Origin: a virus
Virus record (IMG/VR): IMGVR_UViG_3300047585_000133
Span: 32,001-96,000 of that record
Reading direction: 5' to 3' (one strand)
DNA: 64,000 nt
Made by a program: the position numbers and the translations under genes. Shown piece after piece: positions 16,656 to 26,715 of this stretch. The first letter of the stretch is position 1; each line of letters begins with the position of its first letter. Under the pieces are notes generated by a model. That model was not told the origin of the DNA. It worked only from the letters and a program-made list of their open reading frames with translations, and searched no databases.

Positions 16656-16861
16656 CGCCGCCCCCGGGTACCTGCCAGTGTTCCCGGTCCCCGTTCCGCT
16701 CGTGCAGCTCTGCCATCACCCAGGAAGACCTGCTGTGCGACACCTGCCGGGCCGTCCGGGACGCGGGGGCGGCCTGCTGGGTAATGCCGGTTCTCCCGGA
16801 CGAGTACGTGCACTTCGGCGTCATCCTGGCTGACAGCGGGTTCTCCGTCCTCTGGCCGTGA
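16652..16861 (+). CDS. small Cys-rich protein (paralog of 17244-17465)
   Basis: TCQC...TQEDLLCDTCR shared. Confidence 0.65.
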   Translation: MTPPPGTCQCSRSPFRSCSSAITQEDLLCDTCRAVRDAGAACWVMPVLPDEYVHFGVILADSGFSVLWP

Positions 16862-17244
16862 GGGAAAGGCAGATAATAACCGTCATGCCCTCTTCTCCCT
16901 GGATCCGCGACATCCTCGACGTCTACTGCCCGGCGTGCGGCGAGCCGAAGCTGCACCTGATGCAGTCCGACGTCATCCACTGCCTCGCTCCCGGCTGCCC
17001 AGACCCGGACGCGGCCCACAAGATCCTCGCCGAGCGGGAAACCCTCGACATCGTGACGTTCGACGACGGCCACTTCAACGTGCTCCACCCCCTGCGGGAG
17101 CGGATCGGCGGGGCGCTGCTGGACTGCCCGGTGGCCGAGGCGCTGGCTAGCACCCCGACGGCGGCGCAGCGGGCCGGGGGCCGGTACCGCGTGTGGCTGG
17201 ACGAGGACGGAAAGCTGATCTTGAAGCAGATCGAGGAGACGTAG
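16858..17244 (+). CDS. zinc-ribbon hypothetical protein
   Basis: CPACGE...C..PGCPDP. Confidence 0.75.
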   Translation: MRERQIITVMPSSPWIRDILDVYCPACGEPKLHLMQSDVIHCLAPGCPDPDAAHKILAERETLDIVTFDDGHFNVLHPLRERIGGALLDCPVAEALASTPTAAQRAGGRYRVWLDEDGKLILKQIEET

Positions 17245-17465
17245 TGACCTGCCAGTGCGACGTCATCCCGGAGCGGCCGTGCCCGGCGCAGGTCACCCAG
17301 GAGGACCTGCTGTGCGACACCTGCCGGAAAGCCAGGAGACCCGGCATGATCCACGCCGCCTCCACGATCTTCGGCGGGAGCATCGTGCGGACCTCGCACC
17401 TGGCCATCGACGCAAGGGTGTTCGCCCCGGAAGGATTACAGGCGGCAGCGGGGGAGGACGCATGA
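17244..17465 (+). CDS. small Cys-rich protein (paralog of 16652-16861)
   Basis: TCQC...TQEDLLCDTCR. Confidence 0.65.
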   Translation: MTCQCDVIPERPCPAQVTQEDLLCDTCRKARRPGMIHAASTIFGGSIVRTSHLAIDARVFAPEGLQAAAGEDA

Positions 17466-17779
17466 TCGTCTTCCCGCTGGTCAGCCGGTTCTTCCGGGCG
17501 GTGCTGGGCGAACCCCGTGCGCAGAACGTCATGAACAAGTGGCTGATGTACTTCTGGGTCGCCAACCTCGTCGGCGTGCACCTGGTGTTCTTCTTCGCCA
17601 ACAGCTTCTGGCAGAAGGCCTCGATCCTCTACCTGGCCGACATCTCCGTGTACGCCTGCATCGGCCAGCACTACACCGGGATGACCGCGTCCCTGACCGG
17701 GCTGAAAGCCGATGACCGGGCCGAGGCCCTGGAAGCATCAGGAGGCGATGACAGTGACCAGACGCGAACAGGAACTTGA
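17462..17779 (+). CDS. membrane protein
   Basis: Two hydrophobic segments; GGAGG RBS. Confidence 0.7.
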   Translation: MIVFPLVSRFFRAVLGEPRAQNVMNKWLMYFWVANLVGVHLVFFFANSFWQKASILYLADISVYACIGQHYTGMTASLTGLKADDRAEALEASGGDDSDQTRTGT

Positions 17780-17990
17780 AACCGAGAACCGGATGCTGCG
17801 CGAGCAGGTGGTCACCCTGGTGAAGTTCGTCGAGCAGGCGACCCGGCCGGTGATCCGCCTGGACTCCGCCCCGGCTTACCCGGTGTACATCCCGGACGGC
17901 AACCCTCCCTACTGGTACTGGAACCCGGTCGTCAACTACGGCAGCTGGATCTCTCCTGAGGTAAGCGTCTCTACTTTGACGTTCTCCTGA
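17748..17990 (+). CDS. hypothetical protein
   Basis: GGAGG RBS, coiled-coil N-terminus. Confidence 0.65.
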   Translation: MTVTRREQELETENRMLREQVVTLVKFVEQATRPVIRLDSAPAYPVYIPDGNPPYWYWNPVVNYGSWISPEVSVSTLTFS

Positions 17991-18068
17991 GCTATCCTGG
18001 CGGCGTGAGGGGCTGCCCCCGTGCCCCCGCGTCCGAATGAAGGCCCGGTTCCCCGCCCGGCCTCTTCA

Positions 18069-18112
18069 GGAGCCCGCCTGCGTTCAGAGCCCGCAGGCGG
18101 GCTCCCTCTTTT
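18069..18112 (+). terminator. intrinsic terminator
   Basis: 14-bp stem GGAGCCCGCCTGCG/CGCAGGCGGGCTCC followed by CTCTTTT. Confidence 0.7.
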
Positions 18113-18144
18113 CCCCCGGAAGACGTGAGACCGGGGAGGAATCG

Positions 18145-18525
18145 ATGACGGAAGACAGCGCCGGACTGGGAATGGCGGTGAACCCGTCGCGGTTCGAGAA
18201 GATCCTGGGCCTGATCCCCCGGTTCCTGTCCAGTCACGTCCACGTGATCTGGCTGCTGGGTCTCGGGATCTACCTGATTGTCCTGCCGCTGTGCGGGGTG
18301 AACGTCAGCGCCAAGTCCGAGCTGATCGGCGGCAACTACACCAACGTGAGCGGTGATATCGGCGCCTGCATCGCCGCCGGGGGAACAGTCCACCTGGTGA
18401 AGCAGCAGCGCAAGCGGAACAGGGTGACTGACGCCACCCACAAGATCATGGCCGATCTCTACCGCGAGCGCACAGGCGAGGCTCACCCGGCGGCGGTCAC
18501 GGAGATCACCGAGCCCCAGGGGTAG
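18145..18525 (+). CDS. membrane protein
   Basis: GGAGG RBS, TM segments. Confidence 0.75.
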   Translation: MTEDSAGLGMAVNPSRFEKILGLIPRFLSSHVHVIWLLGLGIYLIVLPLCGVNVSAKSELIGGNYTNVSGDIGACIAAGGTVHLVKQQRKRNRVTDATHKIMADLYRERTGEAHPAAVTEITEPQG

Positions 18526-18528
18526 CCG

Positions 18529-20745
18529 GTGCCCACCCAGAACGGCGCCGCCGCGTTCTCGGCCGGCCCCAGCGGCACCCAGGAGCTGCTGGACCAGGCT
18601 GGGAACGTCTTCCTGGACCAGGCGGGGAATCCTCTTCTCCTCCAGGGCGGCTCGGTACCCGGGGCGTCGATGGCCGTTACGGCTTCCTCGTTCACGCCCG
18701 ACCTGCACGGAGCAGCCGCCCTGTCCGGTACGGGAGAGCTGGCTTTCGGGACCGCCCCCGGCGCCGCCGCCCTGTCCGGGTCGGGTTCCCTGGCGGGCGG
18801 CGCGGCCGTCGTCAACCCGAACCCGTCGGCCGGCCTTTCGGCCGCTGCTTTCCTGACGGTTCCGGCACGGGTCATCAAGAACGCCTCGGCGTCGCTTTCG
18901 GCTGCCACGGTGATGACCGTCTCCGGGTTCGTCCCGCTGCTGACCGCCCGCCCGGTCATGGGCGCGACCGCCGTGGTCCACCAGGCTGCCGCCGCGCACC
19001 TGGCGGCCGGGGCGGTGCTGAGCGCCGCGACGTCGGCTTCGGCTGCGCACCTGAGCGCCGGGGCCGTGCTGCTCGCGCCGGGCCGGGCGGCGGCGGCCAG
19101 GCTCCTGGCGGGCACCAGCCTGCGGGTGTCCGGCAGCTACTTCATGCCGGGCCAGGCGGCCCTGTACGCCGCGCCCGCCCTGGCCGGGGCCGCGCACGTC
19201 ACCGAGCCCGGCTCTGTGCACCTGGCCGCCTCCACGGCGCTGGCGGCGGCGGCGCTGCTGCACGTCTCCGGCGGTGCCGCACTGCACGGGTCGGCGGCAC
19301 TGGCGGCAGCCCCGTTTACCGCTTCCGCTCACCTGGCCGCTGCCCCGCAGCTCGCAGCAGCGGGCGGGAAGACCGCACAGGCCGCTGCCGGCCTGCACGC
19401 CCCCGGTTCCGTCACGGCCGCCGCAAAGGTCACCGAGCATGCCAGGAGCGCTCTGGGGGCCGCTGCGGTGCTGTCGCCCCGTGCGGTCGTGGCCAAGACC
19501 GCCAGGGCCGCCCTGGGGGCTTCTGCCGTGCTGCACGCGGCGGGGATCCGCAGCGTTACCGGGCACGCTCCGTTCACGGCGGCCACGGCTCTGACGGCAC
19601 ACGGCGCCCGCACGGCCGTGGCCGCCGCCGCACTGTCCGCACCGGGCACTGCCGGGACTGCCGGCCACGTGTTCCCGGGCGCCCGGATGCACGCTTCCCC
19701 GTCGCTGGCGGCCGGGGCGGTGCTGTCCCGGCCGGGGCGGGCGGCGCTGGCGGCTACGGCGCGGCTGACCGGGACGGCGCACGGGACCGTGTTCCCGTCA
19801 GCTGCCTTTACGGCACCCGGTGCCTTCCTGCCTACTCCGCTGGGAGTAGTCCGGGCCCAGGCCGGATTCACCGCCCGGCCGTGCCTGCACGCCGCTGCGG
19901 AGACCAGGCCCGGAATCCCGCTTCCGGTCCGCCCGGCGGGGCAGCAGCCCGCCTGGCAGCGGGACGTCCAGCGGTTCGCAATTGTCCAGGAACGGCAGCG
20001 GCACGCCCAGGCGCTGTGGCAGTACGGGGAGCTGGCGGTGTTCGCCCTGCTGTGGCGGCCGGAAGACATCGGGCCCGGTCTGGCGCAGCGGTGCACCCGC
20101 TGCTGGAATCCCTCGGCGGTGATCGCCGGCCTGCCGCCGGATACCGTCCCGCCGGCGGGCTACTACACGATCCCCGGGGTGGAGGACCAGATCAGCGCCG
20201 CCTACGGGCAGGGGAACCAGTACCGCTGCACCCTGTGCTACGGCACCCAGCTCATCGCGGCCGGCCAGGTGAAGGTCCCCGGGGTCCGGGCCCTGCTGGT
20301 GCGCCCGGCTGTCCTTACCGACACCGACCAGAACCAGCAGCGTACCGCGAAGGGCACGGTGAACACCGGGTCGGTGTCGGTGCAGAGCACCCCGGACTTC
20401 CGGGTGAACACCCTGGACTACTTCTTCCGGTCCGACGGGCGCCGCTACCAGCTCCAGGTCCCGGCCCGGACCACCTTGCGGACCGGGTTCGGTTCCCCGT
20501 GGCAGGCTTCGGCTGCGATCAGCTACAACCTGGCGAACGCGTCCCTGGAAGACCCGAAGGCGTCGGTGGCGTACATCATCCCGCCGCTCAAGGGAGAGCT
20601 GGAGCGGGTACTGGGCACCTATACCCGCATCCCGGCTGACTACGCGTGGATCGAGCAGGTCAACGGCCCGCTGATCCCCGGAGAAGACCCGCCTCCGGCC
20701 GCCTCGGGGCTCTACCAGCCGCCGGTCAGTCTCGGGATCCGCTGA
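18529..20745 (+). CDS. Ala-rich repeat fibre fused to a putative head-closure/neck domain
   Basis: ~450 aa of A.L.A repeats, then a globular domain with RCTRCW/RCTLCYGT. Confidence 0.7.
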   Translation: MPTQNGAAAFSAGPSGTQELLDQAGNVFLDQAGNPLLLQGGSVPGASMAVTASSFTPDLHGAAALSGTGELAFGTAPGAAALSGSGSLAGGAAVVNPNPSAGLSAAAFLTVPARVIKNASASLSAATVMTVSGFVPLLTARPVMGATAVVHQAAAAHLAAGAVLSAATSASAAHLSAGAVLLAPGRAAAARLLAGTSLRVSGSYFMPGQAALYAAPALAGAAHVTEPGSVHLAASTALAAAALLHVSGGAALHGSAALAAAPFTASAHLAAAPQLAAAGGKTAQAAAGLHAPGSVTAAAKVTEHARSALGAAAVLSPRAVVAKTARAALGASAVLHAAGIRSVTGHAPFTAATALTAHGARTAVAAAALSAPGTAGTAGHVFPGARMHASPSLAAGAVLSRPGRAALAATARLTGTAHGTVFPSAAFTAPGAFLPTPLGVVRAQAGFTARPCLHAAAETRPGIPLPVRPAGQQPAWQRDVQRFAIVQERQRHAQALWQYGELAVFALLWRPEDIGPGLAQRCTRCWNPSAVIAGLPPDTVPPAGYYTIPGVEDQISAAYGQGNQYRCTLCYGTQLIAAGQVKVPGVRALLVRPAVLTDTDQNQQRTAKGTVNTGSVSVQSTPDFRVNTLDYFFRSDGRRYQLQVPARTTLRTGFGSPWQASAAISYNLANASLEDPKASVAYIIPPLKGELERVLGTYTRIPADYAWIEQVNGPLIPGEDPPPAASGLYQPPVSLGIR

Positions 20746-20959
20746 GGTTGCCGGAATCGTCGAACTCGCCGTTCCGCACCCCGCCGAGGAAGTCGTGCCA
20801 CTCGCCGGGCGTGAAGCACAGGATGCCTTCCTCCGGCCTGCGGCTGTTGCGCACGTTCACGGAGCCGTCGAGGAGGAACTGCACCTCGACGCAGTTGCCG
20901 TTGGCGTAGCTGAAGGAGGACTTGATCCATTCCGGCTCTGATGTAACTCTTTGTGCCAT
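20726..20959 (-). CDS. DUF397 (BldB-family) protein
   Basis: WIKSSFS..NGNCVEV...VRNSR.PE...L.FT..EW..FL.GVR.GEFD. Confidence 0.9.
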   Translation of the reverse strand: MAQRVTSEPEWIKSSFSYANGNCVEVQFLLDGSVNVRNSRRPEEGILCFTPGEWHDFLGGVRNGEFDDSGNLSGSRD

Positions 20960-21062
20960 ACCAGTCATCCTATGTAGTAACGTGGTCGTGTGCTCCGGGT
21001 ACGTGCGGCCCACCTGCCCGCAGGCACGGTGAGGCCCCGGCCTGGAGGCGGGCCGGGGTCCC

Positions 21063-21290
21063 TCACTGCCAGATAGAGATCGCCGCCCGGATCTTTCCGT
21101 CGTCCGGGTTGCCGAGCACTTCGGTCAGGTCTTCCTGCGTCGGCCGGGCTTCCTCGTCCAGGGGCATGCGCACGATCAGGTCAGCCAGCCGCTCACGGCG
21201 GCGCTCCTTCTCGTCCAGTTCCCCGGTGACCCGCTCCTTCGCCAGCTTCAGCGCGCCGATGATGACCGTTCCCGCCTCTTCGATGTCCAT
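21063..21290 (-). CDS. hypothetical protein
   Basis: High GC3. Confidence 0.6.
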   Translation of the reverse strand: MDIEEAGTVIIGALKLAKERVTGELDEKERRRERLADLIVRMPLDEEARPTQEDLTEVLGNPDDGKIRAAISIWQ

Positions 21291-21327
21291 GCCCCGCATC
21301 ATAAAGCGTCCCGGTAAAGTCACGGAC

Positions 21328-21504
21328 ATGGACGTAATGCGCGCCGGGCGCAGCCTGAGCCAGGTTCCGGAGAGCCTGTGCACCCTCTACCGGGTCACCG
21401 GAGAGGACTGGCAGGACCACGAGTGCATCGGCATCGTGAAGTCTCCGGAGATAGCGGCAGCCGTCTGCGAGGCTGTCAACGCACGGGGTATACCGCTGCC
21501 ATGA
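21328..21504 (+). CDS. hypothetical protein
   Basis: Divergent small ORF. Confidence 0.5.
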   Translation: MDVMRAGRSLSQVPESLCTLYRVTGEDWQDHECIGIVKSPEIAAAVCEAVNARGIPLP

Positions 21505-21691
21505 CGCAGCCGGAGTGAGAACCCCGCTCCGCTGGTGGCGCGAGGTCTTCATGGCAGACCTGCGGCGCGAGCTGCCCGTGATCGTCCGGGCCCAGCGCGA
21601 GATGCCGTTCGTCCGCGATGCCGGCGGCGTGCCGGTTGCCGTCGCGGCTATCCCCCGGAAGGAGCAGGATCAGCCTCCGGGGAGGTGAACC

Positions 21692-22282
21692 GTGCCGGAC
21701 GAGGAGCACACGTCCGCCTGGGGGCAGCGTTCCTCTCCGTCCGGGGACTGGCGGCCGGTCCCTGACCCGACCTCCCTGACCACAGAAGCCGTACGTCTCG
21801 CCACGGAGCAGTTCCGGCGGGAAATGGCCGCCGAGCGCGAGTTCATCCTCTCCCGGATCGCGCTCGGCACAGCGGAAACGCGCCGGGTAGAGGAAGTCAT
21901 CCGGGAGAGATTTTCCGCGATCGAGGGCACGTTCTCCTCCAACGCCCTGGCCCTGACCGCCGCCCTGGCCGCGCAGAAGGAGGCGGCGGCCGAGCAGAAC
22001 AAGTCGAACTCCACCGCGATCGACAAGTCCGAGGAAGCCACCAAGGAGACGATCGCGGCCAACGCGGCACAGACCTCGGCCGGACTGAGTTCCCAGGCGG
22101 CGATAGTCGCCGACCTCAAGGAACGGGTGGTGCGCCTGGAGACCGCCGGCCCGGTCCGCCTGGAGGAACGGTCGGAGCGGCGCCTGGACCGGGGCGTCAG
22201 CATGGCAACGCTCATGGCGGTGATTGCCGTCGTCTCGGTGGTCGCCGCTATTGCCCTCGGCCTGGCGGCTGCTCTCAGGTAG
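21692..22282 (+). CDS. coiled-coil protein with C-terminal TM anchor
   Basis: GGAGG RBS; AALAAQKEAA coiled coil; hydrophobic C-terminus. Confidence 0.75.
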   Translation: MPDEEHTSAWGQRSSPSGDWRPVPDPTSLTTEAVRLATEQFRREMAAEREFILSRIALGTAETRRVEEVIRERFSAIEGTFSSNALALTAALAAQKEAAAEQNKSNSTAIDKSEEATKETIAANAAQTSAGLSSQAAIVADLKERVVRLETAGPVRLEERSERRLDRGVSMATLMAVIAVVSVVAAIALGLAAALR

Positions 22283-22341
22283 TCCCGAATGTCGGACCCC
22301 TCCGGTAAAATACAAGGTAATCAGATAAACCGGAGGATTAC

Positions 22342-23445
22342 ATGGCCGCGTACGCGCCCGCAGGACAGCCCGCCAATATCATCAACCACTTCGTTTTCGT
22401 GGTGGACGAGTCGTACTCGATGAAGCACCTGAAGGACACCACGATCCGGGTGTTCGACGCCTTCATCTCGCGGCTGGCCGCCAAGTCCAGGGCCAAGGAG
22501 CAGGAGACACGGGTCACCGTGTACTTCTTCAACTCCTACGGCACCGAGCGGTGCGTCATCTACGACATGGACGTGCTCCGCGTTCCCTCTCTCGCGGGAA
22601 TGTACCGCCCGGACGGCAACACCGCGCTGCTGCGCACTTTCCTGCTGGCCATCAGGGACCTGCGGGAGCTGCCGCAGAAGTACGGCGACCACTCGTTCGC
22701 CGTCTTCGGGTTCACCGACGGCCAGGAGAACGACAGCGCCCGGCCGCGTACCCACCAGGCGCAGTCGAAGGTGATCGCCGAGCTGCACCAGGCTATCCTT
22801 ACCGCTCCCGGCAACGAGACGTACGGCCTGTTCGTGCCCGACCAGGAAGGCGTCCACGACGCTAAGAGCTTCGGGTTCCCGGCCGGCAACATCAGTATCT
22901 GGAACCCGAACTCAGCTGAGGGCATCGAGGAAGTCGGCCGGCTGCTCGACGACGTGACCGAAGGCTACATGGAGGGCCGCAAGCACGGCGTGCGCGGCTA
23001 CAGTGCCAGTTCCAGCGCACGAGGCGGCGGCCTGTTCAGGATGCGGGACTTCACCGCCAGCGACGTCCAGCACTCGCTTACCCCGGTCACTCCCGGCAGC
23101 TTCTTCTACCTGGACGTCGAGCAGCAGCACCGCGACCCTGGGTCCGACGGTGCCCGGCTCGACTGGTTCGTCGAGAAGGAGACGAAGAAGCCGTTCCAGC
23201 GGGGACGCTACTACTACCAGTTCACCAAGAAGGAGAAGGTCCAGGGCTACAAGCAGGTTGCCATCGAGGTCGGCGACGTCCTGTACTCCGGGACGCTGGA
23301 CGAGACCCGGGAGCTGCTCGGCCTGCCGTCTGACCACGCCGTGGCGCTGAGCCCCGACCAGAAGCCGGGCGCCACTATCTTCATCCAGTCGACAAGTAAT
23401 AACAGGAAGCTGATGCCGGGGACGCGGCTGCTGGTGCTGCGGTAG
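22342..23445 (+). CDS. vWA-domain protein
   Basis: MIDAS motif FVVDESYSM...T.L...FTDGQEN. Confidence 0.9.
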   Translation: MAAYAPAGQPANIINHFVFVVDESYSMKHLKDTTIRVFDAFISRLAAKSRAKEQETRVTVYFFNSYGTERCVIYDMDVLRVPSLAGMYRPDGNTALLRTFLLAIRDLRELPQKYGDHSFAVFGFTDGQENDSARPRTHQAQSKVIAELHQAILTAPGNETYGLFVPDQEGVHDAKSFGFPAGNISIWNPNSAEGIEEVGRLLDDVTEGYMEGRKHGVRGYSASSSARGGGLFRMRDFTASDVQHSLTPVTPGSFFYLDVEQQHRDPGSDGARLDWFVEKETKKPFQRGRYYYQFTKKEKVQGYKQVAIEVGDVLYSGTLDETRELLGLPSDHAVALSPDQKPGATIFIQSTSNNRKLMPGTRLLVLR

Positions 23446-23454
23446 CTTCTCTCC

Positions 23455-23646
23455 GTGCCGGAAAATCCTGCCCCCGAGGGCTACCGCGACGCCGGGAACC
23501 TGACGATCACCGTCAGGTTCCCGGCTGGCCCGTTCGTTATCCAGGGCCTGGTTCTGGAACACGAGGAATGCGGGCGGCTGGTAGCCCCGGACGGGGTCGG
23601 GAAGCACGAGCGGCTGCACCCGGAAGGCGGGAAGGAGGCAACATGA
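23455..23646 (+). CDS. hypothetical protein
   Basis: Coupled ORF. Confidence 0.55.
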   Translation: MPENPAPEGYRDAGNLTITVRFPAGPFVIQGLVLEHEECGRLVAPDGVGKHERLHPEGGKEAT

Positions 23647-23915
23647 TCCAGGACAGCGACGCAAAGGTGCTCGCCTGCCTGCGCGAGCACGGGCCCGGCA
23701 CCATCACGGTGAAGCAGCTCGCGCAGATGACGGGCCTGCCCCGGATCACCGTCCGGACGTCGGTGGATACTCTCGACTTCGACGGCCTGATCTGCCTTCT
23801 GACTAACGGGCCGGAGACGACGTACATGATCCGCCACCTGCACGCGGATCCGGGAGAGTGCGGGCAGCCGCTGGGAATGACGGTCCAGGAGGTCCACCCG
23901 GACGGGCAGCGCTAG
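23643..23915 (+). CDS. winged-helix DNA-binding protein
   Basis: ITVKQLAQMTGLPRITVRTSV HTH. Confidence 0.7.
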   Translation: MIQDSDAKVLACLREHGPGTITVKQLAQMTGLPRITVRTSVDTLDFDGLICLLTNGPETTYMIRHLHADPGECGQPLGMTVQEVHPDGQR

Positions 23916-23920
23916 CGGCA

Positions 23921-24115
23921 CTATTCCGGCAGGTCCGGCGAGAGAGGCTCCGCGCGGCCGTCCCGCATGTCGGCTTCGGCTTCCTCGACCAGCTTGCCGA
24001 GCTGCCCCGAGAAGCGCCGGACCTGGCCGGCCGCCTCCTGGACTTCGAACCTGACGGGCCCGTTCACGTAGGAGACGGTGACGACCTGGCCGCTGCGGGA
24101 TGCGGAGAATGGCAT
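23921..24115 (-). CDS. hypothetical protein
   Basis: High GC3. Confidence 0.55.
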   Translation of the reverse strand: MPFSASRSGQVVTVSYVNGPVRFEVQEAAGQVRRFSGQLGKLVEEAEADMRDGRAEPLSPDLPE

Positions 24116-24196
24116 AGGACGAGGCTACTGCGTGATCTCGCCCAGGTCCCGGACAATCCTGGCGGCCTCGGCCAGGATGCGGTTCCCTCAGATCAG

Positions 24197-24742
24197 TCAG
24201 GCAGGGTCGTGCACGTCCGGCTCCTGCTTGACGTAGCGCCACCCCTCGGTCAGCGGCGGCCGGTCCGGGCCCTCGTAGCTGCTCTTCACCTCGTCGGCGC
24301 GGCCCTGGGCCGCCTCAGCCTCGTCGGCAGCCTCCTGTGCACGGATCTTAGCGTCGTCGGCCAGCCGCTGGGCGACATGAGGACGGGAGGCATCCTGGTA
24401 TTCGGCTTCCGCCTGCCGGCGGGCGTCCTCGGCTTCGGGCTGGTCGCGGGGGAGCCGGAACCCGTCCACGGCCTCGACGGCACTGAGGTCTACTCCGGCG
24501 GGGACAGCGGCGACCGGGGTATCCCGCTCGCGCTTCTCCTCCTCGGTGAGCGGGACGCCGTTCTCGTCCAGGTCCTCCTCCGGGACGGCCTCGTCCGAGG
24601 CCTCCGGGGACCGCGTGCCGTCGGCCGCGTGCACGGTGCCCTGTCCGGGCTCGTCCTTGATCCTGCCGGTCACTTCGCCGGTCACTTCGCCGGTTACCCG
24701 GCCGGTGACCTCGCGGTCGTCCTCGTCCCTGTTCCTGCTCAT
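24197..24742 (-). CDS. acidic low-complexity protein
   Basis: AGGAAGGA RBS; VTG(E/R) tandem repeats. Confidence 0.7.
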   Translation of the reverse strand: MSRNRDEDDREVTGRVTGEVTGEVTGRIKDEPGQGTVHAADGTRSPEASDEAVPEEDLDENGVPLTEEEKRERDTPVAAVPAGVDLSAVEAVDGFRLPRDQPEAEDARRQAEAEYQDASRPHVAQRLADDAKIRAQEAADEAEAAQGRADEVKSSYEGPDRPPLTEGWRYVKQEPDVHDPA

Positions 24743-24918
24743 ACGGTATTCCTTCCTCTTTTTATAGCCCTTTATGTTCTTCTGGCCGGAATGCTAAAGG
24801 ATTCCGAGCACGAACAGCACGATAAGTACGATAACGATCAGGAGGATCAGGCTCCACGGAAAATACGGCATGTGCTATGACTGCCCTTTAAGTAACAGCC
24901 TATTCACTGCCTTCTGAA

Positions 24919-25296
24919 TTACCAGGTCTTTTCGTCCAGCAGCCGGCTGCTGTCGATCGCTTTCAGCCGGGCGGCGAACTGGGCCGGGCGGCTGGCTTCC
25001 CGCAGGGTGTCCAGTTCCTCGCGGTACAGGACGACCAGAGAGCCGCTGTGCTGAGCGCGCCAGGCCGCCCGGTAGGGGCGCATCGCGGAGTCAGTCAGGT
25101 CGCTGCCGATCTCGACGTGCACGGTCAGGATCCTGGGGACGGCAACACGGAGCGCAGTCCACTGCCACGCAGGCATATCTCCTGCCGGCCGCGCTTCCAT
25201 GACGACGCGCAGGACAGGGACCTCGTGAAAATGGCACAGCCCGTAGAACAGGGCCTCCATCGGCGAGTCCAGCACGATCTCAGAGGATGCCTTCAC
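24919..25296 (-). CDS. degenerate paralog of the nuclease domain of 28419-29423
   Basis: SPMEALFYGLC...LVVLYREELDTLR vs NGLESAFKGLC...LAVLFEEDLQTLR. Confidence 0.6.
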   Translation of the reverse strand: MKASSEIVLDSPMEALFYGLCHFHEVPVLRVVMEARPAGDMPAWQWTALRVAVPRILTVHVEIGSDLTDSAMRPYRAAWRAQHSGSLVVLYREELDTLREASRPAQFAARLKAIDSSRLLDEKTW

Positions 25297-25496
25297 GCGA
25301 GCCACGACAGCGTGTCCTTCCTGGTAACGGTAAGCATGGATACCGCGTCCCACATCGGCCGGCACCCGCGCGGGTCGCCGGGATGCCCGGACAGACGGCC
25401 GCCGTCGTCGTGAATCCACCAGCCCGGGTTCGGCATCCAGCCCAGCTTCCGGCGGTGCGCCGTGCAGTAGAAGACAGGCAGCTCGGTCTCTTTCAC
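25293..25496 (-). CDS. hypothetical protein
   Basis: GTGA-coupled. Confidence 0.6.
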   Translation of the reverse strand: MKETELPVFYCTAHRRKLGWMPNPGWWIHDDGGRLSGHPGDPRGCRPMWDAVSMLTVTRKDTLSWLA

Positions 25497-25762
25497 TGCT
25501 CCTCCGGGTACAGGTGGCCGTAGGCGGCGATCATGTCGCGGGCATGCATGAGCTTCTCAGACCTGTAACTCGGCTGCTGGTAAGCGATCCCCGGCGGCGG
25601 CCCGCTGGCGATCAGGTCTTCCTCGAACTCGGTCCGGACCTCCCGGCAGTGGACGATGAGGCACCTCATGCACAGCGGGGTGTCCGGGTCGCAGTCCATG
25701 CAGACGTCGCAGGCCTGGTACCCAGAGTCGGCGTTCCCGCACCGGCTGCACGGCGATGTCAT
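25493..25762 (-). CDS. Cys-rich (B-box-like) small protein
   Basis: CxxC x3 + H. Confidence 0.65.
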   Translation of the reverse strand: MTSPCSRCGNADSGYQACDVCMDCDPDTPLCMRCLIVHCREVRTEFEEDLIASGPPPGIAYQQPSYRSEKLMHARDMIAAYGHLYPEEQ

Positions 25763-25764
25763 AA

Positions 25765-26298
25765 TCAGCTGCCTCCTTCGTCATCCTGGAACCGGAAACC
25801 GAGCGCGTGCGAGTGACCGCGCAGCAGCTCCCGGACCATGGTGGTGAACTCCGGGTCGCCGGAGACCCTGGCGGTCATCTCGGCGACGATCTCGTTGAGG
25901 CTGGCCAGGTTGGCGGCGACGGCGTCCAGGCGGGTGCTATCGGCAGCTTTGTCGTCGGCTCCGAACGGAGACCAGGCCGGGAATCCGGGCAAGTGACCGC
26001 TGAGAGACTCTGCCCCGAACTCGACGGTGATGATGTCGCCGGGGTCTACGGTCGTCAGCTCGATGGAGGCCCGCAGGACATATCCGGTGTCCTGGTTGAT
26101 CACGGCGACGCGGTGCACGGTCCTGCGCGGCGAGGTTACCGGATAGGGAATGTCGACCTTGAGCTTGCCGGCGGTCGCCGGGGGAGGAAAAGGCACGTCG
26201 GGTACTTCCACGGTGACGCGGTCAGTGGTGAACAGCCGGGCCGTCAGCCGGGGCGCCTTGGTCTCTAGTGCGGGACGGCGGTTGATCTCGGTGCCCAT
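25765..26298 (-). CDS. hypothetical protein
   Basis: Coupled ORF. Confidence 0.7.
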   Translation of the reverse strand: MGTEINRRPALETKAPRLTARLFTTDRVTVEVPDVPFPPPATAGKLKVDIPYPVTSPRRTVHRVAVINQDTGYVLRASIELTTVDPGDIITVEFGAESLSGHLPGFPAWSPFGADDKAADSTRLDAVAANLASLNEIVAEMTARVSGDPEFTTMVRELLRGHSHALGFRFQDDEGGS

Positions 26299-26299
26299 G

Positions 26300-26503
26300 T
26301 CAGCAGCTCCCGAAGAAGAACGAAGTGAATCCCAGGCCGGACTCGTCCGGGGTGAAGTGCAGTTCTTCCAGCCGGACCAGGTCCTGCGGCGAGACGAGGT
26401 CCGGGCTGACGTCCACGTAGAGCAGGTCGTGCGTGCAGTTGGTGGGAATCTCAGGGTTGGCGTACTTGCGCATGATGACCAGCGCTTCGATCAGAGCATC
26501 CAT
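26300..26503 (-). CDS. hypothetical protein (paralog of next)
   Basis: LIEAL.I..Y...HD.L.V.V.P..V.P.DL.RL..LHF. Confidence 0.7.
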   Translation of the reverse strand: MDALIEALVIMRKYANPEIPTNCTHDLLYVDVSPDLVSPQDLVRLEELHFTPDESGLGFTSFFFGSC

Positions 26504-26504
26504 G

Positions 26505-26714
26505 TCAGTGCACTCCCGGCCAGGAAAAGGTGTGCCCGTCCTGGATGAAGTGCAGCTTCGCCAGCCGGGTCAGGTTTTCCGGCGTGACGACCGTCGGGTC
26601 TACCTCGACGCAGAGGACGTCCTCTCCGGTGTATACGTCGTGAGCGGGATACGCGCAGGTACCAGGCTGCGCGTACCAGTGCAGAATCATCAGTCCCTCG
26701 ATCAGTTCTTCCAT
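26505..26714 (-). CDS. hypothetical protein (paralog of previous)
   Basis: Same pattern as 26300-26503. Confidence 0.7.
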   Translation of the reverse strand: MEELIEGLMILHWYAQPGTCAYPAHDVYTGEDVLCVEVDPTVVTPENLTRLAKLHFIQDGHTFSWPGVH

Positions 26715-26715
26715 G

